DNA of 63,337 bases, filler included, from Octopus bimaculoides (GCF_001194135.2; 8 parts of 8 records of this genome joined end to end with filler, not necessarily neighbours in it); one strand, 5' to 3'. Positions 11,151 to 25,479 are shown, counted from the first letter of the whole stretch. Notes: a model not told the origin generated them from the letters alone. Numbers and translations are program-made.

Positions 11151-13699
11151 GATCATAACCTCTAACGAAATGTGTGGTATCTTATCAAAATTATAAATCA
11201 ATACCTAACAATGTCATGTTATGCAAGTTTTACGTTAAAAATCATTAAACATCGTTCTACAAAGTGAATGAGTAAGCTTTTAAAAAAACATCATAAAATA
11301 CAGCTGGCTACTGCGATTCTCAAGTCTGATATTTTATAATTATCTATGACTAAAAGGTGAAGTCCCAGTGGGAGCCTCTTTATAGTCGCTCAGTGTTCCA
11401 GTATTTGTAGCTAAATATCCTTCAAATAATACTTAATCTTTAAAATAAACGAGAAAGAAGTCCGCAATAAATGATGCGGTCCTCAAAGTAACGCCTAAGA
11501 TTAAGAAGAGATGATAACATTCTATCAGGTCGTTCTAGTCATAGCTGACTTAGGCGTATACAATAACAACATTTACGCAAAAGTCTCTCTCTTTCTCTCT
11601 CTCCCCTCCTCTAGCGCTCTTTCATTTTTCTCTATGTAAGGTAAATCATTGTTTTCATTCAAGAGACATCCATGTATATAGTTCGGTCTATTAGGTTTTC
11701 ATCGTCATTGTGTAGCCATCTCAGCCATACTTTTAATCTTTAAATGTGAAGTACTCCCTCTAATATTCTTTTGTTGAACATTGAATCAATGGGACAACAT
11801 TGAAATCGTTAGGTCCATCACTTTCCAGTTCATACACCATGACACATAAAACTACACAACTTAATTATGCCACTCCCCACACATCTATGTTATACATTAA
11901 TAAATACTATTATTAAAGTGCCATAGAAATTAACGCTAAGTCGTTACGCAGTGTGCATTTACCAACAATAAATGATAAAATAAAGCATCATACTATTGAT
12001 TTCTATGTCAAACACAAGGATGCGTATCTGAGACTTACAAGAATGGATTAAAACGAACCAAATGCTTATATACGTACATACATTACGCCGACATATGTAT
12101 ATATACATACAGTATGCAAATGAGGTGGAAATCTCTCAACAAACATCAGGTGATTGAAACAATAAATGAGAAAAATGTTGTATATCGCATTTCGGTCAGC
12201 TGGTATGTCAGTTGTTTCACCAGTTTTCACCTGTTTTGTGTTTACGTAACAATTTCTCCATAAAGTAAGGATCTAACTTAGGAGAGTAATATGCACTGTC
12301 ATACAGCATGCAATCAAACTTCAGCAGCTATGCACCCAAGAAATTCTGACGAAAATATTTTGTTTTTAAGAAGAGGCGGAACATAGAAACTCCAGATCAA
12401 CTGAAGCTTATAAAATCGCATAAAGTGGATAACTGCATAAAGAAAAAAAAAATCTGAGGAAAAAAAAAAACTGAGAAAATACATAAAAAGGATATTGTTT
12501 CTACTTTATTTGCATCACATTCGGAGGAAGTAACTGATCACGACCTTCTAATTTGGAAAGCACTGAACAATCAAAACATCAATGAAAATAAAGAAATCAA
12601 ATGGCGGAAGTGAGCTTAAAAGAATTTGGGTGGCATATTTCCTGAGTGTAAAAAGGTCAACTAATTAATAACTGATATCGGAAATAATAACAATTTGCGA
12701 TCAGTTTAAAGCATGATAACGAATGTTTCAATTTGAAATGTGATCTATTGAATTTTTTAATCTGTTCTGTGTTGTACGACACGCCGGCCCATTTACACTA
12801 ACATTTCTAGTTTATGATTCCTGCCGATGTTTCTGTTTTTTTTTTCTTTGATAACATTCCAGAAACAAAAGTTATTCATTACTCACACAACTCTTCTGTA
12901 TTTTTCGGAAGAAAGAGACACAACGAGAGATTTCCTCTTACTTTGAAACTCTCAACCAGACACATAACCGATTCTGAAAGAGGGAAACAGAATGGAGGGA
13001 CAGAAAAGGGTGAAAGAAGTTGACTTCAGAAATCGATTGGTACTTTATATATCAACAACTATATGCTCCAGGTTCGATCAGACTTGAGCTAATGTTTGTG
13101 CTATAGCATAAGTAGGCTGAAACTGAGATCGTCACTGTTCGTTGGCCTTTGACTTGATTTGCTGTTCGATTTTGTACCACCACCCCCAGGCATTTATTGC
13201 TTTTAGCGTAGTTTACTCTGCTGCAAATTTTTATGCCAATTCTTTCGTTTGGCTATAAATTTCTTTCACTCTCCTATAAACCATGTAACACAGAAAATGG
13301 TCATCAGCGTAATCTTCTCAATAAGCCATTAACATGGGAAATAGCAGATTCTCTGTAATTGTTTCTTACTAACCATTGCAGAATTCACATTTTCTACATT
13401 GGCTCTTGTTTCAACATATTTCGCTTTAAGTACATTTTAAATACAATCTGGAATGCCCTGCATAGCAAAATTTATATCGGACTTCGCTAAATCTTGGATA
13501 AATCTCATTATTCAGAATAAAGCCAAATAATATCAACTTAGCTGGTGCTATGGCGTAGTAGGCTCGGCAGAATAGTAGACACATTCCATGAGGTATGCAT
13601 TTATTTTGCTTTATAATTCCGAAATCTGGCAGGGTCAACTTTTCGCGGGGCTTCATAACTTTCCCCTATATATGTGTAGTCAGCGGTATTAACTCTTAA

Positions 13700-13990
13700 A
13701 CATTGTGAAAATAAGTGAGGAAGCTGACGACTCTGAAGCCCATCAGACTTGCTGAGAGTTTAGTATGCATGATTATTGGAACCTCATTCGGGTCTCTGTA
13801 TAACCATGTGTCATTCCTTTTCTTTACTTTTTGGTCCTGGTCGAAGTTTTCGCGTCGGAGGAAAACCGAAACATTCCAGCCTCTCGTTGTTTTAACTCGT
13901 TGGATCCCAGTGAGGAGCCTGCGGGTAAAACGCATAGTCATGTGTTTATGAAGCGAACTTCTTAACTACCTGGAAAAACCTAATAATGTT
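13700..13990 (-). mobile_element. Tc1/mariner DD37D (maT-like) transposase fragment
   Basis: ORF 13696..13941 contains ENFDQDQKVKKRNDTWLYRDPNEVPIIMHTKLSASLMGFRVVS, matching the maT pattern EKNFDQDQKVNRRNDRWL..DP.EVP.VMHTKFPASVMVLGVVS. Confidence 0.8.
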
Positions 13991-16672
13991 TTCATTTTTT
14001 ACCTCTAATTCCATCACTCTTTTTAGTTTTACTGACTCATAGGAAATAATTAATTAACATTGTTAATTCTATCTTCACTATTATGTTCACAGAAATGTTT
14101 TTCTCATAAAGTGACAAGAAAAGAAAAAGAAAAAATATTGTATTTCCTCTTTAGACCCAGTCGGATCCTTTTCAAACTTTTTCATTCACGAGCAGTCACT
14201 CGGCCGAGTAAACATTTGAGTAGGTCCTACGCCTCTAAGTTACAGCTCAGGACCATTTTGAGGGTAATTATTACAAGATAATAACAAAACACACGCTAGT
14301 GATACACTTCAATGAGTGGTTACAACTGCAATTTCACCTTGCAGCCATTATTTATTACCCTAATGACGTGTGCACATTATAGTGAAGTTCTTTTGATCAT
14401 GTACCCAGTTTAGCGGAGATGACAACAAGAAAAAATGTCAGTTTTGTTTTATTGGCTGATAGTTACTAAAATATTTTCAGTCAGCTATTATTGTAGCTTT
14501 ATATTTGTACATTTTTCTACCATCATAAATGTGACCTGCTATAATGCTGGTATTTAAAAAAATTTTTTATATGCAATAGAAGAAACAGACAATTCTAAAG
14601 ATACAAATACAAAAGAGATGTAAAAAAGAATAACAACTCAAACGTCAGACACCAACGATTTAACAATGAAAATAATTCAATATTAAATTGAAAGCTCTTT
14701 CAATTTTTTTTTTTTTTTTTTTTTGTAGAGCACATATTGATATATACAAGGAAAGGTTTGACATTGATTTTACAGTTTCGGCTTACTAGCTACGAACTGA
14801 GCGAAAGTTTCTTTGCTCTTACAGATTTTATGTTTTTGACAGTATCTTCCTACGATAGGTGGAGTAATGTAAATGAAAATTAAGTGCCGTGTTGGCAGAC
14901 AAGTGAAGTAGTTGTGTGTAGGAAAGGGTTGTGGAAAGGAACAAGAAAATGAATGTGTTTGTAGGATGTCGATGATGTATTTAATATTAATGAACGCCTG
15001 TCAAATGAGATGTAAGGCCTGCAATGAGATTAGATGTTACATCTTGAAATGAATATAGATAATTGACTGCGTGATTGTTAAGAATAAGCATGAACAACAA
15101 CAAATATGGTTAATTACTCAGTGATCATATTTTAAAAATAATTTCGCTACGTATGTGGGACAATGTATGACAAATTCGAATTTTCATTACATTGTTTCAA
15201 ATTTTGACACACGGCAAGCAATTTAAAAGGAAAGGTTTTAGCCGATTACATCGACCTTAGCGCTCATGTGGTTCATATTTTATCGATCGCGAAAGGATCG
15301 CGGTGGTATATGAAATTATAAGGTTCAAAACAGGACGATATATCACTAGGTTTCCATGCAGATGACGTCCGTGACTATTTGAATTTAGGGATTTGATTTT
15401 TCCTACTCGGGTTGCAGTATTGTAACCATATTTAATGATTCTCTTCTTAGTACTAAAGTGAGTACAATGAAGTCTATGATTCCAAATATTAGTCATTGTC
15501 ATAATGTTCATCGCTTCCCATTGCGTTGATATTTCAAGCTGGATCATGTATGCTCTTTATCTAAAATGTTTATTTGCTATATATCTGACACGAGCTGTTG
15601 TTTAACAATCATTAATTCTGCTTCTTAGAGTTACTCATTTATTTTTGTCGCGTTCATTTAACGATTTCATGGAGAGCCACGACTACTTAGCTCAAAGGAA
15701 ATGAGATTCTACAACGAATAGGCTTCTACTGAAATAATGATAAAAAAAAAGAAGAAAAACATTGCCAACTAAAAGGAAATGAAAATCCAACAATCGGAAA
15801 TTGAAACCGGCTCGCATGCACAGTTTAGTGAGATCTATTTCATAATCGTCGCAACACGATAACACCTTATATGTTACATTAGCGCAGTAATATCGATGAT
15901 AAAATAAAGTGCTAGTGTACGTAATTGTAATGGTTGCCATGTTGTCAGTATTATCAGTTGTACTAATTCTATTCAATATGGATATTTCATTCAAGTGCAA
16001 TGAAAACGCTTCACCTCTCAAATTTATTGATGTATGTGCCGCCTCATTAATTTCTCAGGAGTCCCATCTGCTTTACATATCGATCTTGAATATCAACGTA
16101 CAATTTAAGTACGCATTTGGTGGTAACACCATATGCATCATAAACAAACACACGAACATTCAGAGATATATTACTAATCATAAAGTACTAAGTTATAACT
16201 AATCCAAACCAAAAGAGACAATATTATTGTCCAGAGACCCTCGCATTGCACTAAGCTTTAGTAAATGTGTGACACTGATCTTTTTGAAACCCATAATGTG
16301 TGTGTGTGTGTGTCTGTGTGTGGTGCCTACCTCTCTTTGATTCTTTAAATGTGCTGGCCCCCTGATAATTAATCGATATTAATTAATATATTAATATATG
16401 ACTAATTACCAGATCTTATAATAATATTTACCNNNNNNNNNNNNNNNNNNNNNNNNNNNNNNNNNNNNNNNNNNNNNNNNNNNNNNNNNNNNNNNNNNNT
16501 ATATATATATATCTGTGTGTGTGTGTGTGTGTGTGTGCGTGTGTGTGAGTGTGTGTGTATATGTATATATAGATAGATGTTTGGAGAGAGATATGTGTAT
16601 ACATATATAGACATACATACATGAATACATACATATATACGTGCATACATACATACATAATACATACACACT

Positions 16673-16708
<36 letters not shown>

Positions 16709-16897
16709 TATATGGAGTGAAAATTTTGGATGCTCACACATACATACAACATACATACACAGATGAATATACATGTGTGTGTGTGGGTGTGTGCATAAAT
16801 ACACGTACACACCTTAATATGTACGTGCATATAAATGCATATACATGTGTGTGTGTATGTGTATATATATATATACATATTTTTACTATATCATTGC

Positions 16898-16898
<1 letters not shown>

Positions 16899-16958
<60 letters not shown>
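16899..16958. repeat. (GTA)n microsatellite
   Basis: Directly visible. Confidence 0.98.
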
Positions 16959-16959
<1 letters not shown>

Positions 16960-17221
16960 TGGGAGATAACAGCATGTGAGGTCAAACAGGAAACGCCCTC
17001 CCGTTAACTACTTGTTTCTCGGAAGTTTTCATTGTTTTTTACCCTTCTGTTTGAAAATGGGCCATTTTTCCCGAAGTCATTTAAGATCATTAGATAACCT
17101 ATGCAAATAAATAAAAATAATTTTTCTATTTCTTTGCATTTATAAAGATTTTCGCTGATAATTATTTCAGTGACCCATATGACAATGCTTCAAACGGTTT
17201 GCACAAATTTTTGATATATAA

Positions 17222-17262
<41 letters not shown>

Positions 17263-17690
17263 NNNNNNNNNNNNNNNNNNNNNNNNNNNNNNNNNNNNNN
17301 NNNNNNNNNNNNNNNNNNNNNNNNNNNNNNNNNNNNNNNNNNNNNNNNNNNNNNNNNNNNNNNNNNNNNNNNNNNNNNNNNNNNNNNNNNNNNNNNNNNN
17401 NNNNNNNNNNNNNNNNNNNNNNNNNNNNNNNNNNNNNNNNNNNNNNNNNNNNNNNNNNNNNNNNNNNNNNNNNNNNNNNNNNNNNNNNNNNNNNNNNNNN
17501 NNNNNNNNNNNNNNNNNNNNNNNNNNNNNNNNNNNNNNNNNNNNNNNNNNNNNNNNNNNNNNNNNNNNNNNNNNNNNNNNNNNNNNNNNNNNNNNNNATA
17601 TATATATATATATATATATAATACAATTTTATAAAATATTTTATACCTACAAGTTAATCCATGACAAAAAGTGAATAATAAATGTAAGTA

Positions 17691-17950
17691 ATAATCAGCA
17701 ACTATTCAAGAACAATTGAGTGTGTTCGCAGCCAGTGCAAAAGTTCCTAATGCATACCTGGTTTTCATATTGCACTCTCCTCATCCCAAGCGCTTACATT
17801 TAGAAATAAAATAGTTATAATCAGCAATATACTGCAACTGCTCAGGAACAACTGAGCGTTCGCAGCCAGTGCCAAAATTGCTAATGCATACCTGGCTTTG
17901 ATACTGCACTCTCCTCATCCCAAGCAGTTGCTTTTGAAAATAAAATGGGA
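17691..17950. repeat. Two-unit ~127-bp tandem duplication next to the Helitron relic
   Basis: ataatcagcaa..caagaacaa.tgag..gttcgcagccagtgc.aaa.tt.ctaatgcatacctgg.ttt.ata.tgcactctcctcatcccaagc occurs twice. Confidence 0.85.
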
Positions 17951-18129
17951 ATAGAATATGTACTTATTGAAACTCATCTTTAAATTGCTTGTTTTAAATA
18001 ATTAATCCGCAAATCTCCATATAACAAATAAATATTACAATATGTATTTACTGAACATGTACAATTTAATCTTGATGTATAATAGGTATATACAGGGAGG
18101 TTTTTTCATTTAGGCAACTTCAGTATATA

Positions 18130-19350
18130 CAACATTTCTAGTTAGTTTCTGTATATCATGATGGTCCCGGCGTCTTGGATTTGAATTGTAATTGAGGAAC
18201 TCATTTTGGTCAACATAAATTCTTATCGTGAGTGAAACTGCATTTGATAAGTAAATGCCACACTTAGACAGTTTCTGTCTCTGGCTTTTGTTTATGGAAA
18301 TTGCAAAAAGCCGGTCTTATTGGAAATTAGCGTCTTTGTAATGTCAGCCAGAAACCATTAAACTAATCCGAGGAATCAGAACAATTTGTCCCACATCAAC
18401 TCCAGTCAATTTTTTTGCAGTTATTAGATTGTTATCTGAAGTTACAATTTTATACTTTGTGCCACCACAATGATCTTTTTGTGATCAAGATTTCTGAGTA
18501 ACATTCTTGGTGCCTCAATTTTTAATTTAATCTCATGCGGAGGTAGACCACTGATGTTTATCGAATTTAAAAACTCTGGTTGATACTATACTGCTTGGCC
18601 TTCGTCTCTCACAGAATCGATACTCTTCATTAAATCTGGAATCTTTTCCATTAACGTGTTATTTCAACGATCGACATCCTCGGTCTTAGTAGACAATATT
18701 GCTATTGATGACATCCATGTTTCACTTTGGTAATTAATGCGAAGTTCGTTATAGACAAAATTGATCCATTCCTGTTGGATGCAGTAGTCATATTTTCGAG
18801 AAGCTCAATAGTATCCTCATATGGAACATTTTAAATAGCAAGAATTCTTCCTTCTCCTAATTGAAGAAGCCATTGAGAATGCTGACTTAATTTGTCATGT
18901 GATGAGAAGTCATTATCATTTAAACAGTTAAACAATGTTGCTACAGAACGCAATGTTTCATGCATGAGTTCTCTAATGTTGGTCGCTGTGCTCTTCAAAC
19001 AGCAGGAAGAATTTGACGGAAATCACCACTAAGAACTAAAAGTTTTCCACCGAACGATAAATCGTTATTCATGATATCTTTGGGGATGCGATCTAGAGAC
19101 TCGAGAATGTGACAATGACTAATTGGAGCTTCGTCCCATACAAGAACAAATGAGCTTCTAACTTCGCTCTTCATTTCCCATGAAACGCTATGTATACTTG
19201 AAAGTAAAAATATAATATTTGTTAAAGTCCATCGAAATTTGAAAGTTATGAACGAGGAAACTACTTCAGGCGAATTCCAAGAATCCTAACTGTATCGATG
19301 GCTAACCAGGGAACATCTTAACACTTTGGCTTTCATGCGGAATCTTGTTG
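18130..19350 (-). mobile_element. Helitron PIF1-family helicase relic
   Basis: Minus-strand WDEAPISHCHILESLDRIPKDIMNNDLSFGGKLLVLSGDFRQILPAV, PEFLNSINISGLPPHEIKLKIEAPRMLLRNLD and FPIRPAFAISINKSQRQKLSKCGIYL are diagnostic PIF1/Helitron motifs; frame broken. Confidence 0.92.
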
Positions 19351-19399
19351 TGAATGTTTATGTGCAATAAATTAGTTATATTTCTATAACGCAAAAAAT

Positions 19400-19536
19400 A
19401 TTTAACATTATTTATGCAATTCCTAATTAATTATAAAACCATAATAGGATTTTTAAGCATCTAATTGCTGTGAGGGTCTATCCAAGTAAAATAGAAATGA
19501 AAGGGTTTCATTGGTAAAAACGGTTGAGAAACACTG
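19400..19536. mobile_element. Single end of a hAT (Charlie-like) non-autonomous element
   Basis: Ends ggttgagaaacactg (reverse complement CAGTGTTTCTCAACC); partner TIR not found. Confidence 0.45.
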
Positions 19537-21047
19537 TTTTAAATGGATGCTCGAACTACGAAAAAGTGGCAGCGACATCTCCCTCAAATTACACTCTACC
19601 GTATTATAAAGAATGTCACTTTGGAAAATGTAATACCAGATTTACAATATCCAAAAGAAGGACAGAATAGTCATAACGAGGAAGCCTTAAAAAATAGGAC
19701 TACTCACTCACACTTCTTTGGAGCTACACAATAAAACGAACTGGTCCCTACAGAAAAAAAAATACAAACACAAAACTGAAAATACAGAAGATTTCGATGA
19801 AGAAATAAGCAAATGCTCCAATAAGCTACTCAGTCACAATATACATCTTCCATATCGTAACATCTCGTTACAAGTGACAGGGGATTTGTGTACAACAGAC
19901 CATTAGAATCTCCCTAAATGATTCCAGAGTTTGTCAAACATTACTGATGGAAAACAATTTCCTGAGCAATGTAATTGTTATGTACATGAATAAATCACGA
20001 TTTACTGTTCTCCTATATCGCTACCATATATGTTGTGCGAAATTAATTTGGATAATTTCACATAAACTTTAATATAACTGGTAAGAATATGTAAAGGTGA
20101 TAGAGAGTTGGACAGTGGTCAGGTGTCTCAGAAAGCTGTTCGAACAATAATTGTTTCCATTTGCAATAGATTTGTATACTATTACAATTAAGAAAGCAAT
20201 TTTAACAATAGCACATTCTTCTTTTAATACAAAAGTCTACTTAGTCCAGGCTGATAGCAGTAAATGTGCTAACAAAGGCAGGTCTTTTTGTAAAATTTGG
20301 AAAACATTTCTTTCAAGTCGTAGCATTAATGCTTATATAAGTGAAATTTAATGTAAACATCTTGCAAGTCATTTACCTAAAACTAAATACAAGGACTTTT
20401 ATGGGAAAGAATATTTCATGACTTTCTTGTCAACCGTTCCTGAAGAATGACTTATATTGGAGTCCACCTATTAGAATAGCATGCTGCAAATAATACAGAT
20501 TTCTAAAATAGTTATACGTCTCCCAAATTTGGGAAAGGGTTTTTCGATTAAACCAAAAATGCTATTAAACTGATACTTATGTTAATGACTTGAGATGGAT
20601 GAAACGTTACGATGACTTCGGATAGACTGGAACTTAATGCATAAAGAGTTGTTACTAAATATAGCAAGGCGTCCAGTCCATTAAGATACTCTAAACGCTT
20701 CTGTCAATCTAGTTCCAACTTACTTAAGCGAACATTTATTTCTGGCTCCATCACAATTCTAAATATTCTAAAGAATAGTATATTTCAATAAATGTATCTC
20801 AACCCTTATTTACAACTCTATTGAAAGAGTTTTAATGTAAGGCAATGTCGGTCATGTAAGATGAGGTGCTTAAATAGTTCAATTCATGTTTGTTGATAGT
20901 CTATCAATGCTCACCATAGAAATTAGGTTGCGTGTCTTAATAAAGACTGATATTATACAAATTCGTTGTACATTTAGAATTTAGCTGTCAGCAAAAAGGA
21001 GACAGGATTACATCAAATAGAGAGGGGAGAATAAATAAATACGCGCA

Positions 21048-21078
<31 letters not shown>

Positions 21079-21222
21079 NNNNNNNNNNNNNNNNNNNNNN
21101 NNNNNNNNNNNNNNNNNNNNNNTTAATTAATTAANNNNNNNNNNNNNNNNNNNNNNNNNNNNNNNNNNNNNNNNNNNNCCCCACACACACACACACATAT
21201 ATATATATATACATATACATAT

Positions 21223-21589
21223 ACGACGAGCTTCTTTCAGCTTCTCTACTAACACTCTGCAGGATTTGGTCGACCCGGGTCTGTAGTAGAAGATACTATC
21301 CCAAAGTACCACGCAGGCATACTGAACCCAGAACCACAGTCACCTTCTATTTTTTCATCTTTTACTCGTTTCAGTCACCGAACGACGCTCATCACGAGAC
21401 TCTTTGAAAGTATTTTAGTGGAACAAATCGCCCCAGCACTTATTTTTAAAGTCTGCTGCTCATTGTTTCTTTTGCGGAACCTCTACGTTACAAGGATGGA
21501 AACGAAGCGACATCGATTGTCAAACAGTGACGGAAGACAAACGCAAGCACACACACACACACATATACACATACATGCACATGCACATG

Positions 21590-21623
<34 letters not shown>

Positions 21624-21665
21624 CGGCGAATTTCTTTCAGTTACGTCTACCATGTCCACTCAGCG
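21223..21665 (-). mobile_element. Two adjacent decayed SINE family A copies
   Basis: acgacgagcttctttcagcttc..gtagtagaagatact..gaacccagaaccac and ttttactcgtttcagtc..cggcgaatttctttcagttacgtctacca. Confidence 0.75.
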
Positions 21666-21689
21666 TTAGATTATTAACACGATGTGGAG

Positions 21690-21975
21690 AATATGCCACC
21701 GACATTGACCACAATTCATTTAAGGTTGGGACAACCTTTCAATACAACCCCTACACAACTCAGACTCACAACACTTAAACACATTGCAACACAATGACTG
21801 TTCCCCTACAGGCACTCCTCTCTTTAATATTATCCCAAAACAATTCAAAGGAAAAGATCTCATAACCTTCAAATGATATCTGGACAAATACTTTCGAGGA
21901 ACCAGACAAACTACCGATAACTGGATAGATCTCAGTCAACAACAACTCTCTATTTGAATGGTGCAATGTATGGTA
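21690..21975 (+). mobile_element. 3' end of a CR1/L2-type LINE ORF2
   Basis: LFNIIPKQFKGKDLITFK*YLDKYFEEPDKLPITG*ISVNNNSLFEW matches the LINE C-terminal pattern LFN.LP..FK..LD.FL..PD.P...NSL..W. Confidence 0.7.
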
Positions 21976-22039
21976 GCACAAAGCTCGACTTCAAAAATGA
22001 TTCATTAGATTCTTACTAGGTGCTTATAAATTATATATA

Positions 22040-22040
22040 T

Positions 22041-22084
<44 letters not shown>

Positions 22085-22138
22085 CTACATGCATGCATGC
22101 ATACATACATACATACATACATGCATGCATACATACAT

Positions 22139-22185
<47 letters not shown>
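22040..22185. repeat. Compound tetranucleotide microsatellite (AGAT)n/(ACAT)n/(AGAC)n
   Basis: Directly visible. Confidence 0.97.
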
Positions 22186-22267
22186 AATGTACATACTTAT
22201 TTTTTCTTTCGATTCTTCAAAGTGTAATGGTTATATACCATCTTCCCATTTCTTTACACAGTGATTT

Positions 22268-22790
22268 GCATTTTCATTGAAACCTGCAAGGTCTTGTGTG
22301 CTGCGGAGTTGGTTAGTAGAAGGCAGACAGAGACGTTCTCGGTCGTAAGATCTGCTTTTTAACATTCACCGTTGGTTGGCCCCAACGTCCCGTTTTCGTT
22401 CTCAAGTGTTTAAGTGTCTTCCACAGAGTCCATAGTACTTCTGAGTCAAAGGGGAGGGTTTCAACAGAAGGGGAGGATTCCCATGTGAAGCGGAGGAAAG
22501 TTGTCCTCAATCTTTTCTATCCAGAGCTTCAGTTTATTTCTTTCCAAGACTCTGTTAAGAGCTGGAGACGTCTGAGGAAGCTTTTTCCTGGTTTCAGTCT
22601 CCATAGAGGGTTGACATTCATCACCGGTAGACTGTGTTATCTCGATTCGACTGGACACATTTCGCCTAAAATCAGCTGGGCAATCCCAGCGAAGAGGTGC
22701 AGGGTGTTTGTGCGGTGGATTTCGTGCAACCAGTTAGCAGTTGAGTAGCTCGTCGTTGCCAGGCAATTTTCACGATAGAACGCCTTTATT
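22268..22790 (-). mobile_element. Vingi/Ingi-like LINE, C-terminal fragment
   Basis: Minus-strand TNTLHLFAG..RLKPGKSFL..ETLPFDSEVLWTLWKTLKHLRTKTGR..TQDLAGFNENA resembles the Vingi/Ingi ORF end (RLKSRKSF..W..LNRLRTG.GR). Confidence 0.6.
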
Positions 22791-22869
22791 TCAATTTTTT
22801 TATTCAATGTCAGACAATTTCTCCCTCGACTGATCAGGCCTTTGAATCAGGACGGATTTCTACATCATT

Positions 22870-23230
22870 TGGTCCAACTTATAATGTCTCGATTAACAAA
22901 TAATTCGTTTTCCTTTTGGTGCATAGACGTAAAGATTTTTCTTACTTCCTACTCTCCAAAATCCAACGTAAAGCTGACCATGGGTGAATCATGGGTGAAT
23001 TCAATGTGTAACAGGTAACCGAAAATGTCTGTTCATGCGATTTGTTGATGATCATGGCAAAACTGAAACTCACTGGAAATTGAAGTCGTTTGAATCGAAA
23101 TGGGACATCGTCACTTGAGTCTATGCGAAGAGGGCCCTTGTACGCTCATCATCTAATCGATGCATGCTATACTCGGATGTCTCCTGAGCTCGCTGCTGGA
23201 TGTTTTGTGAGTGTCTTTCGACTTTGTCAC
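22870..23230 (-). mobile_element. Second Helitron helicase C-terminal fragment
   Basis: RIDSSDDVPFRFKRLQFPVSFSFAMIINKSHEQTF and FTHGQLYVG match PIF1 motifs QFPVRLAFAMTINKSQGQT and FSHGQLYVA. Confidence 0.88.
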
Positions 23231-24001
23231 TCTTATGAAATTCCTTACACACATGCATACACACACACTGACACACATACAGACATACACATAATCACAC
23301 ACACACACACGCGCACACACACATAATCACCATGAAATATACACATATACAGAGAAGTTGTGAGCTATAGAGAGAGGTAAGATTACAATGAGGAAAGCGT
23401 AAAAGACAGAGAAAGAGAGAAATAAACAGAGAGAGAGAGAGCTTTGCATAGACAGATACGCGCGTCTCCTGTGACTGACTTCGATTACATGTCATATCAA
23501 GAGAAAGAGGGGGAGCAGCATGCGTTTAGAGATATACATATACAGAGACAGAGTGGGAGAGAGAGTGTGTGTGGTTAATATATATAGAGACAGGGCAAAA
23601 CGTAAAAAATAGAGATAGATAAAGAGAGGCAGTTAGACAGGCAGTTACAAAATGCAAAACACACACACATACACAAACACACACATGCGCGCATACACAC
23701 ACATACACACACACACAACCATACATACACTCAAGTAATCATGAGTTTAAGATGGCGGCTTTTAGAGACATTCAATGACGGCGATCTGGAAGCTGAGTTA
23801 TTTCTCGTAGAAATTTTCATTTTTTGATTGCTAATAACCAAGAACCTTTTACTTGAGACACAGACTTCGAAAACCAAACCCGTTTCTCTGTAGGAGCCTT
23901 TCGGTGGCATACATATACACATACAGACATACACTCTCATTTGTATAGTGTATGAATGTATATATATATATATCAAATTACACTCATACATATATATAAA
24001 T

Positions 24002-24289
<288 letters not shown>

Positions 24290-24439
24290 CGCTGCCGTCT
24301 GTCGCTGGTAGGTGTAAGACTGGTCTGTCTATTTAATACACTCGACATTCGTCCAATTCAATTACTTCCTGTTGTTGTTCTTGTCGTTATTGCTGTTACA
24401 TTTTTTGCTGCACTATCAAACATTGTATTGCGAACGCAC

Positions 24440-24479
<40 letters not shown>

Positions 24480-25126
24480 GTGTGTGTGTGTGTGTGTATG
24501 CGTGTCTATGTGTGTCTCATGACCTGTGTAGATATATGTGCATATATTTATAGCTAGACAGATTGGTAAATAGATAGATATACACTCATATGTAAATACA
24601 CATATACGTGTGTCAATATGTGTGTCTGTCTCTGTGTGTGCGTGTGTCTGTGTGTGTGTCTGTGTGTGTGTATGTGTGTGTCTATGCATATATGTATGCA
24701 TTTATGTATGTAGGTCTGTATGTATGTGTATCGAGATANNNNNNNNNNNNNNNNNNNNNNNNNNNNNNNNNNNNNNNNNNNNNNNNNNNNNNNNNNNNNN
24801 NNNNNNNNNNNNNNNNNNNNNNNNNNNNNNNNNNNNNNNNNNNNNNNNNNNNNNNNNNNNNNNNNNNNNNNNNNNNNNNNNNNNNNNNNNNNNNNNNNNN
24901 NNNNNNNNNNNNNNNNNNNNNNNNNNNNNNNNNNNNNNNNNNNNNNNNNNNNNNNNNNNNNNNNNNNNNNNNNNNNNNNNNNNNNNNNNNNNNNNNNNNN
25001 NNNNNNNNNNNNNNNNNNNNNNNNNNNNNNNNNNNNNNNNNNNNNNNNNNNNNNNNNNNNNNNNNNNNNNNNNNNNNNNNNNNNNNNNNNNNNNNNNNNN
25101 NNNNNNNNNNNNNNNNNNNNNNNNNN

Positions 25127-25157
<31 letters not shown>

Positions 25158-25479
25158 TATACATAAATATATATATATACATATACATACATATACATAT
25201 CACACACACACACACACACGCACACACACACGCACATCAATGTATGCATGGCTGTCTTTGTGCGTCTGTTAAGTTTGTGTATGATTCGTGTCTATTCCTG
25301 TGTGTTTGTTGTTTTGTTGCGATTATTTCGTTTGTACGAAGTGTTTAGTTCTTTTTATACTCTCATACAACAGGTTCGTAAAAATCTCTTTCCCCTCGTT
25401 GACGCAATATGGTTGCAATTGGCACTCAAATCTTCTTTTCGTTAAACTGCCAAGCGTCCATTCAACTTGTCAAGTCACC

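Noticed and set aside
15407-15440. KYGYNTATR resembling RERE ILGYNPETR
   Set aside because: The upstream sequence does not match the conserved exon and there is no canonical donor in the right phase; chance similarity.
21079-21178. TTAATTAATTAA centred in 100-bp N gaps (also at 31787, 51464, 53393, 56222, 59321 and 61550)
   Set aside because: An identical six-frame-stop 12-mer with about 44 N on each side recurs seven times; this is a scaffolding spacer, not biology.
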